This document shows positions 1-5,629 of a stretch of 11,794 nt of DNA, one piece after another. Positions within the stretch are counted from its first letter, which is position 1; each line of letters begins with the position of its first letter. The DNA lies in contig JAEOUH010000059.1 in assembly GCA_016839365.1 (NCBI GenBank), forward strand, positions 1 to 11,794. The letters run 5' to 3'. The notes under the pieces were generated by a model. It was not told the origin of the DNA, did no database searches, and saw only the letters and a list, made by a program, of their open reading frames with translations. The stretch is from Candidatus Hermodarchaeota archaeon. Its GTDB lineage: Archaea; Asgardarchaeota; Hermodarchaeia; Hermodarchaeales; Hermodarchaeaceae. Position numbers and translations under genes: made by a program.

Positions 1-1
1 G

Positions 2-412
2 ACTCCGTTGCTTGTATACCCCATTGCGGCTTCTCTGGTACTAATCAGCATATTTCCATTGACAAACGCCCGAGAGGTAATATGGAATGAACGCCTCGTT
101 GAGGACATCGATGTAAGTGTGGACAGCCGTCAAGTAAGTCGGGCGCTTCGCGATTTAGAGGTTGACACTTCGCTTCGCAGTATCGAACAACAAATCGAAA
201 CTGAAATCGCCCATCTCATAAAAACCACGGGAGTAACTCGTAAGCAAGCCAAAACACTCCGTGATGAAGGGTATGAAACCCCTGAACTTGTTGCTCGTGC
301 TGATCCAGAGATGATGGCCCAGATCCTTTCTAGCTCATTAGAAAAAGCAGAGGAAATCATCAAAAAAGCCAAATCTGGAAAACGTCACACAACGAAAAGA
401 ACAACTAAGTAG
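2..412 (+). CDS. 5'-truncated membrane protein with C-terminal helix-hairpin-helix (HhH, RadA-N/HHH_5-like) domain
   Basis: Frame is open from the window edge. A hydrophobic helix (LLVYPIAASLVLISIFPL) is followed by TGVTRKQAKTLRDEGYETPELVARADPEMMAQILSSSLEKAEEIIKKAK, a typical tandem HhH pattern, and a basic tail. Confidence 0.65.
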   Translation, partial: TPLLVYPIAASLVLISIFPLTNAREVIWNERLVEDIDVSVDSRQVSRALRDLEVDTSLRSIEQQIETEIAHLIKTTGVTRKQAKTLRDEGYETPELVARADPEMMAQILSSSLEKAEEIIKKAKSGKRHTTKRTTK

Positions 413-483
413 TAGAAGCCTTGAGGATGTAATAGCAGATGCCTTGAACCACGACCAAACAAGGTGGGAGGTAAACTGGGTCA

Positions 484-2139
484 ATGACAACGAAGGGGCG
501 GAAGAAGATTCGAACCCAGCGTAAACGGCTGGGCCAATTCTTCACTCCTGACTGGATAGTCGATTATCTCACCCGCCATACACTCAGCCCGGCACTGGCT
601 GAAAATCCTGAACGATTACTTGGAGAATTCACAGTTCTTGATCCGGCATGTGGCGATGGTGCGTTTCTTATTGGTGTTCTGCGGTTCCTGGCAAAAAGAG
701 TCGAATCCTATCCAATGGAAAAACAACGGTTGCTCATTCGTAGCATCGTTGACAGTATCCATGGCATTGATGTAGACCCCAAGGCGCTCGAGCAGTGTCA
801 ACGGCACCTCGAGCAATTGAGCAAGAAGCTTCTGGGGGTACCCGCGGATTTCTCCCAGCGTGTTCTGTTAGGAAATAGCCTCATCCAACCTGATCGAAAT
901 GCCCAAGATGTTTTTGGAAAAGCCCTTCCCAAGAAGCTTCCAGTGGACTGGCATCGTGTATATCCCTGGGTTATGCGGGACGGAGGCTTCGATGCTATTA
1001 TTGGTAATCCCCCTTTCATCGGCATAAAAGCCATGGAGCCGGATCTGAAAACCTACATTCGCCATCGTTACCGCACGGTTCACCAGCAATTTGATATCCT
1101 CATTCCCTTCATCGAACTCGGACTAAACCTCTTGCGACCCGGTGGTCGGTTAGGCTATGTCATCAGTAACAAAGTCCTTGCCGCAGATTATGGAAGTGTT
1201 CTTCGAAAGACTCTAGTAAAAAATTACGTGATTGAGCAAATGGTAGATTTATCCCACCTTAATGCCTTCGAAGACGCCGCAACCTACCCCCATCTGATCG
1301 TTATTCGGAAACCCCGAATACCAGATGAAGTGCACCGGAATCGAGTTCAAATTCCCCAAGCTCCCACCTACCCGAAGGATCTCTCCCAAACAAACATTCC
1401 CCTCCACTCAGTTCCCCAACATTACTATGATACATTACCCAATACGATTCTAACTCCCTCCCTAACTGAAGCAAAGTTCTCAATCCTCCGAAAATTACTC
1501 CATAGCACCATTCCCTTGGGGCAAGCCACAACCATCCGCTGCGGTATAGCTAAAACCGGATTCACCAAACACTTGCTTTCAGTCAATGCATACGACAAGC
1601 TTAGCAAAGCGTCACGAGACAAAACGCTCCCTTTTCTCAACGCTGGCGATGTTCATCGGTACCGGCTTCGGCGTAAGAAATATCTCACCTTCACGCCAGA
1701 TCTATCCTCTGAGGATCAATGGCAAGACTTCAAAGAACCCAAACTCGTCATTGCCGGCATGGCCAAACACCTCCGCGTCGCACTCGACGAAACTGGCCAC
1801 GCTCTCGGTCGTGTTTACTACATCGCTAACGCCCGTGCTCCCTTCGACCTTTATTTTATGCTAGGCTTACTCAACTCTCGCCTTATCAACGCCTTCTTCT
1901 CTCTGCTCTTCGTCGCCACTCATCTCCGTAGTGGGTACATCCGTTACAATGCCAGCTATCTTGAACAAATCCCACTTGTCACCCCAACTCTGCACCAGGA
2001 AGAAAAGCTCGCTGACCTTGCCAAACTAGCCACACAAAACCCGAAATACCTACAAAAGGGGCTAGACCACGAAATCAATGAAATGGTCAACAATTTGTAC
2101 GGATTAACTGGTGACGATGTCAAGTTGCTAGAAGAATAA
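484..2139 (+). CDS. N6-adenine DNA methyltransferase, gamma class (TaqI/Eco57I-like) with C-terminal TaqI-like target recognition domain
   Basis: Motif X GQFFTP, motif I VLDPACGDGAFL, GIDVD, GNSL and catalytic motif IV FDAIIGNPPF. C-terminal YFMLGLLNSRLINAFF...YLEQIPL is typical of TaqI_C. SD GGAGGT at 467-472. Confidence 0.9.
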   Translation: MTTKGRKKIRTQRKRLGQFFTPDWIVDYLTRHTLSPALAENPERLLGEFTVLDPACGDGAFLIGVLRFLAKRVESYPMEKQRLLIRSIVDSIHGIDVDPKALEQCQRHLEQLSKKLLGVPADFSQRVLLGNSLIQPDRNAQDVFGKALPKKLPVDWHRVYPWVMRDGGFDAIIGNPPFIGIKAMEPDLKTYIRHRYRTVHQQFDILIPFIELGLNLLRPGGRLGYVISNKVLAADYGSVLRKTLVKNYVIEQMVDLSHLNAFEDAATYPHLIVIRKPRIPDEVHRNRVQIPQAPTYPKDLSQTNIPLHSVPQHYYDTLPNTILTPSLTEAKFSILRKLLHSTIPLGQATTIRCGIAKTGFTKHLLSVNAYDKLSKASRDKTLPFLNAGDVHRYRLRRKKYLTFTPDLSSEDQWQDFKEPKLVIAGMAKHLRVALDETGHALGRVYYIANARAPFDLYFMLGLLNSRLINAFFSLLFVATHLRSGYIRYNASYLEQIPLVTPTLHQEEKLADLAKLATQNPKYLQKGLDHEINEMVNNLYGLTGDDVKLLEE

Positions 2140-2140
2140 G

Positions 2141-2148
2141 TTTAATAA
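2141..2148 (+). promoter_or_regulatory. Putative TATA box (TTTAATAA) of the wHTH regulator gene
   Basis: TATA-like element preceded by purine-rich BRE-like GAAGAATAAG, ~110 nt upstream of the start codon. Confidence 0.5.
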
Positions 2149-2179
2149 GCAGCATTGTACAAATTCCTAAAAAGCAATA

Positions 2180-2238
2180 TTCTCATCGTTTGAGAAAAAA
2201 AGATTATGGATAAAAACAACTCTATCTCTCTTTGAGAA
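2180..2238. promoter_or_regulatory. Palindromic operator pair: TTCTCA-N5-TGAGAA (2180-2196) and CTATCT-N5-TGAGAA (2222-2238)
   Basis: A perfect 6-5-6 inverted repeat downstream of the TATA box, plus a second copy exactly 42 bp further, in front of a transcription factor gene (autoregulation-like). Confidence 0.6.
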
Positions 2239-2258
2239 CAAACTCAGGTGATAATTAA

Positions 2259-2903
2259 ATGGCCCATCAAGATGTAATTACTTTCAAACCCGAACGTATT
2301 AAAATTGTTTATGATAAAAAAACAAACGATGTCCTACGAGATCCTAATCATGTCCCCATCATTAAGGTGTTACGAAAAGGACCTATGACGGTTCAAGAAC
2401 TCACAAAAGCTTATGCTAAGGAGGCAGAAACTAATCCGGAGCTGGAATCTAAATCAGATAAAACCATTTATCGTTACCTGAAGGTTTTGGAAGACGCCAA
2501 CGTGGTCGTTCCGGCGGGTCAAAGGGTAGTCATTGGAAAAACCGCAACAGAAACGCTATTTTCTCGAACCGCCGAGGTGTTCATCGGTGGACAAAGTGAA
2601 GAAGAATATTGGAGCTGTGAAGCTGGTAAAGAACTCTGTGATAATGTTGCTCAACTCCTTAGCAAGCTCCTAGGTGATAAGAAAGCCGACAAAGCCTGTA
2701 TTGTGAAGTTCATGAATGAATTTGATAAAATTGGTACCAAATACATCGTCAGCCTCGTAGAAGAAGCTGATGATGAACTTGTTGATTTAATCACAGGAAT
2801 TGACTGGGCGTATAAAGACAAAATCTTAAGCTATGTCAGCATCTTTGCGATGGTCCTAAACAATCCCGACCTCTTCGAAAAGCTTAGGACCTGTTTCAAA
2901 TAG
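2259..2903 (+). CDS. Winged helix-turn-helix (ArsR-like) transcriptional regulator with helical C-terminal domain
   Basis: IIKVLRKGPMTVQELT...KSDKTIYRYLKVLEDANVV...ETLFSRTA wHTH pattern. SD GGTGA at 2247-2251. Confidence 0.8.
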   Translation: MAHQDVITFKPERIKIVYDKKTNDVLRDPNHVPIIKVLRKGPMTVQELTKAYAKEAETNPELESKSDKTIYRYLKVLEDANVVVPAGQRVVIGKTATETLFSRTAEVFIGGQSEEEYWSCEAGKELCDNVAQLLSKLLGDKKADKACIVKFMNEFDKIGTKYIVSLVEEADDELVDLITGIDWAYKDKILSYVSIFAMVLNNPDLFEKLRTCFK

Positions 2904-2921
2904 CGCCATGAAACTTCCTTC

Positions 2922-4214
2922 TTATGAATGGGGTTTTTCCTGTTCTGTTGTCGTTTGTTCAGAATCCTGACGGCTGCGCCATGTTTGAACTTGGTAGAAT
3001 ATTTCGAGGCCCAGGGGAATTGCAGCCACTAACACCATTAGGATCGTAGCAATGATAACTATTTGGTCAAGGGAGAAGGGGAAAGGCGGAATCGGTGGCG
3101 GCTGGTATCCAATGGCAGGAATAATGTAGTCTGTCATAATGGATGCAAAGCTTGCCTGCTCATACCAGGCTGTGAATACAACTACAAGATTGTGTTCAGG
3201 AACGACATTAATCTGCTGCCCATTGTAACCAATTGCCAGATAGGAGTTAATCGGTAAATCGAGCCACCACTGATAGCCATAGCCAATGGTGTCTGTGTCA
3301 TTATATGGTGTTGCCAGATTTCGAGTTGAGTTTTCAACCCATTCGGCGGGTATCAATTGGTTGCCATCCCAGGCGCCATTATTCAGGTATAGGAACCCAA
3401 ACTTCGCCATATCGCGTGGCGTCAAATGTAAATTCGAACCTCCAGCCACGACTTCCTGCGGATCTGTTTCCCACTGATAATCTGAAATTCCCAAGGGAGT
3501 AAAGAGGTGGTTATCGGCATATGAGAGCGTGGTTGTGCCCACTGTTTGGTTGATGATCATGGATAGGAGGTGGGAGGTTCCAGAATTGTAATCCCATACT
3601 GTTCCCGGTTCATAGCGCATGGGCTGATCCAACACGTACTGCACCCAATCTGGGCTATTCACCAGGTAGGTATAGCTACTAGTCGGGCCATAAGGCCATT
3701 CATCCCACGCCAGACCGGAAGTCATGGTTAGCACCTGTTCCAAGGTGATGGCCTCCTTCTCAACTGTCAGGTTAGCAATGGTTCGGCCAGGGAAGAAACT
3801 CAACAGTGTATCATTTACTCCTGAAATGTATCCCTCGGCGATGGCTATGCCAATCAACGAGGAGGTCACGCTCTTTGTGCATGAATAAATATTCACGTAA
3901 TCATCGGGGCCATAGGATGGATCATAGTAGGATTCCCACACAATGTAACCGTTATGGATAATCAGAACCGACCGGATCAGGTGTCCCCACGATAATTGCT
4001 GAAAGTACCTTTCCATTGCCTGCAACTGCACCGTACTCATCCCTTGAGCTTCAGGACTTGTCGAACGCCACCCATCGGTTGGCCAATAATCAGGCAACGC
4101 CAGCACCTGACCACTCTCATTACAATACTTCCACAAGGTGGGGGTGACGGATATGAAAGCGATCACTAGAAGTGTTACGAGCCTGTGCATTCTTCGTGGG
4201 CGCACCTTGACCAA
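2922..4214 (-). CDS. Secreted/membrane-anchored serine hydrolase, beta-lactamase class C/AmpC-like family (peptidase/amidase/esterase)
   Basis: SxxK (SCTKS), WDYNS, LTPRDMAKFG, YGYQWW and GYNGQ motifs. N-terminal hydrophobic signal, Pro-rich linker (QPPPIPPFPF) and C-terminal TM helix. True start may be the ATG at 4190. Confidence 0.88.
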   Translation of the reverse strand: MVKVRPRRMHRLVTLLVIAFISVTPTLWKYCNESGQVLALPDYWPTDGWRSTSPEAQGMSTVQLQAMERYFQQLSWGHLIRSVLIIHNGYIVWESYYDPSYGPDDYVNIYSCTKSVTSSLIGIAIAEGYISGVNDTLLSFFPGRTIANLTVEKEAITLEQVLTMTSGLAWDEWPYGPTSSYTYLVNSPDWVQYVLDQPMRYEPGTVWDYNSGTSHLLSMIINQTVGTTTLSYADNHLFTPLGISDYQWETDPQEVVAGGSNLHLTPRDMAKFGFLYLNNGAWDGNQLIPAEWVENSTRNLATPYNDTDTIGYGYQWWLDLPINSYLAIGYNGQQINVVPEHNLVVVFTAWYEQASFASIMTDYIIPAIGYQPPPIPPFPFSLDQIVIIATILMVLVAAIPLGLEIFYQVQTWRSRQDSEQTTTEQEKPHS

Positions 4215-4335
4215 CTCAACTAGGAAGTGTTGGTCTCATCGAAATTCTCATCTTATATGCTCATGGTATGTGGCAACAATTAAGGACCCTTATGAGGAGG
4301 AGCTGACAAGTTTAGGGGATTAAGTTGGGTTAGTG

Positions 4336-4416
4336 CTCTCGCTGTTTGATAATAATATTCTCTAAAACCGATATATTTATATCATAGTAATAGATAGTAT
4401 TCTCAACCCGTAAGAT
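4336..4416. promoter_or_regulatory. Array of four phased operator-like sites (4336, 4358, 4379, 4400) overlapping a TATA box (TTTATAT, 4376-4382)
   Basis: CTCTCG-N5-TGATAA, TTCTCT-N5-CGATAT, ATATCA-N5-ATAGAT and TTCTCA-N5-TAAGAT, spaced 22/21/21 bp. Same core as the 2180 palindrome. Confidence 0.55.
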
Positions 4417-4440
4417 TATCGGGACACGTGGTGGCAATAA

Positions 4441-4578
4441 ATGTCAAAGAATAAAATCCGCTTTACTCGAATCGGGGTCGGTGAACGAGCCGCCCTTGGG
4501 TGTCACAATCCACACCCAACGCCGAACTTCCAGCGGGCATACAAAATCATGACCTCCCGCCGGGGTTCGAAATGGTAG
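4441..4578 (+). CDS. Small protein sORF1, 45 aa: MSKNKIRFTRIGVGERAALGCHNPHPTPNFQRAYKIMTSRRGSKW
   Basis: ATG 6 nt after GTGGTGG SD (4428-4434), ~60 nt downstream of a TATA box. Shares C-x-N-P with sORF3. Translated by hand. Confidence 0.65.
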   Translation: MSKNKIRFTRIGVGERAALGCHNPHPTPNFQRAYKIMTSRRGSKW

Positions 4579-4614
4579 AAGTCGAAAATATGAACTGAAA
4601 AGTGGTGGTAAAAA

Positions 4615-4698
4615 ATGGAAAATAAAAAACAAAATCTGCAAATGAATGGTTCCAATAAGGATACCTTCCTCTACACCCTCCTCTTTACTCGAAGGTAA
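4615..4698 (+). CDS. Small protein sORF2, 27 aa: MENKKQNLQMNGSNKDTFLYTLLFTRR
   Basis: Identical GTGGTGG SD (4602-4608) with the same 6-nt spacer as sORF1. C-terminal TLLFTRR matches SLLFQRR of sORF3. Confidence 0.55.
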   Translation: MENKKQNLQMNGSNKDTFLYTLLFTRR

Positions 4699-4764
4699 AA
4701 AAATACAGGATGATCACAATTGAGCTGGCTAGGGTGTGAGCTCTTAGGATGATGTCACGTACTC

Positions 4765-4884
4765 GGGTCTTCCGGAACAACTCTTTCACTCAAATCCGTT
4801 GTCTACCCAGTAGGTCTCCAAGCCCAGTAAATGCTGGTAGCCAGTCTCCATCTAACCTCTTGGCCAGCATTCTCCGGAAGACCC
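4765..4884 (+). ncRNA. Putative structured RNA module 1 (120 nt, multi-branch)
   Basis: 12-bp closing stem GGGTCTTCCGGA/TCCGGAAGACCC. Inner stems ACAAC/GTTGT (4777-4802), CTAC/GTAG (4803-4813) and AATGCTGG/CCAGCATT (4830-4871). Followed by a U-rich tract. Confidence 0.55.
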
Positions 4885-4907
4885 ATTTTTTCCCATTTCT
4901 TCTTCTC
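4885..4907 (+). terminator. U/pyrimidine-rich tract after RNA module 1
   Basis: ATTTTTTCCCATTTCTTCTTCTC immediately 3' of the closing stem. Oligo-U tracts terminate archaeal transcription. Confidence 0.45.
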
Positions 4908-5005
4908 GATTCTATACTAAACTCTCAAGAAGAGACTAATGAAGATTACCAATTAAAACCCGTTTACACACCTGCTTGCAGAAAATTATTGTGTAAGCTG
5001 GGTAC

Positions 5006-5122
5006 GGATGCAAAGGCCCACTCGCTTTTATTGGTTATCCCTTCCATTCATCATGACACAACCCATACCACCACGAATCGTTGTCTCGCCTTACCATAGG
5101 CTTTGAGTGGGTTTTTGCATCC
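5006..5122 (+). ncRNA. Putative structured RNA module 2 (117 nt, multi-branch)
   Basis: 18-bp closing stem GGATGCAAAGGCCCACTC/GAGTGGGTTTTTGCATCC is fully paired on + using two G-U wobbles. Inner stems ACAAC/GTTGT (5058-5084) and GCCT/AGGC (5088-5101). Confidence 0.55.
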
Positions 5123-5163
5123 CATACGTTCGCTCCCTGTGCTGTTGTCCTGTTTTGAGAAAT

Positions 5164-5180
5164 GGGAAAGTCATTTAAAC
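5164..5180 (+). promoter_or_regulatory. Putative BRE+TATA promoter for sORF3 (GGGAAAG..TTTAAAC)
   Basis: The same GGGAAAG BRE-like heptamer occurs at 5534-5540 before the DUF362 gene. A degenerate operator TTGTCC-N5-TGAGAA lies just upstream (5145-5161). Confidence 0.45.
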
Positions 5181-5294
5181 TGGTGTCATACTTAACAGTG
5201 TTAACTCCTTAGCGATTCTAGTGCCCAGTCTATCCTGAAACCAAATCACTGATATTCCAAGCAAACCAAACATGAACCGTAAGGGGTGATTATA

Positions 5295-5441
5295 ATGGTC
5301 CGATATGAACTCAATAGATGTAAAGTTCCCGTCTCTGAGGACGAGCGAATCAAAGAACCGAAAGGGCTCGCTGAATGCCGTAATCCCAAGGCACTTCGTA
5401 AATGGCCCATGGAAGAATCACTGCTCTTTCAGCGACGTTAA
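5295..5441 (+). CDS. Small protein sORF3, 48 aa: MVRYELNRCKVPVSEDERIKEPKGLAECRNPKALRKWPMEESLLFQRR
   Basis: Canonical archaeal SD GGGGTGAT (5283-5290), a candidate promoter of its own and a downstream terminator. Shares motifs with sORF1 and sORF2. Confidence 0.7.
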   Translation: MVRYELNRCKVPVSEDERIKEPKGLAECRNPKALRKWPMEESLLFQRR

Positions 5442-5464
5442 TATGTGAAAGTCATTATCCAATC

Positions 5465-5507
5465 TGGGGATCAACCACGTCAAGTGGTTTGCCCCCCACT
5501 TCTTTTT
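5465..5507 (+). terminator. Hairpin + U-tract terminator after sORF3
   Basis: GGGG..AACCAC-gtcaa-GTGGTT..CCCC stem followed by CTTCTTTTT. Confidence 0.6.
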
Positions 5508-5533
5508 CTATTCCGTTTCCTGCGTTGTCGAAA

Positions 5534-5582
5534 GGGAAAGGTTTTTATCACAACATGAGACTATGTTCTCACAAGATTAGAA
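5534..5582 (+). promoter_or_regulatory. DUF362 gene promoter (BRE GGGAAAG, TATA TTTTTATC) overlapped by tandem operators TTATCA-N5-TGAGAC (5545-5561) and TTCTCA-N5-TTAGAA (5566-5582)
   Basis: Two near-perfect copies of the 2180 palindrome, 21 bp apart. The first overlaps the TATA box. Confidence 0.65.
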
Positions 5583-5629
5583 AATCTACATCATGCCTTC
5601 ACCCACTGGCAAATAAACAGGTGAAATGA

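Noticed and set aside
2922-4214. Calling the hydrolase an antibiotic-resistance beta-lactamase
   Set aside because: The family is dominated by peptidases, amidases and esterases, and the class C KTG motif is not evident (AIG instead).
4336-4416. CRISPR array
   Set aside because: The period is only ~21 bp with degenerate units, and there are no spacers or cas genes. An operator array fits better.
4576-4614. Readthrough (Pyl/Sec) fusion of in-frame sORF1 and sORF2
   Set aside because: Three in-frame stops (TAG, TGA, TAA) separate them, and sORF2 has its own SD.
4444-4641. 65-aa minus-strand ORF
   Set aside because: It is the antisense shadow of sORF1/sORF2, which have SD and promoter support.
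4749-5099. 116-aa + strand ORF from the track
   Set aside because: Poorly placed SD and atypical S/P/T/H-rich composition. It runs across both RNA stems and a U-tract, so it is more likely incidental, though not formally excluded.
4765-5122. 5S rRNA or cobalamin riboswitch identity for the ~120-nt modules
   Set aside because: The short look-alike strings (CCATACCACC; minus-strand GGAGACC..CTGGG; GGAAGACC) are on inconsistent strands. The helix/loop order of 5S rRNA and the B12 box context are absent.
5402-5629. 75-aa + strand ORF
   Set aside because: It overlaps the sORF3 end, its terminator and the DUF362 promoter/operators, and has no SD.
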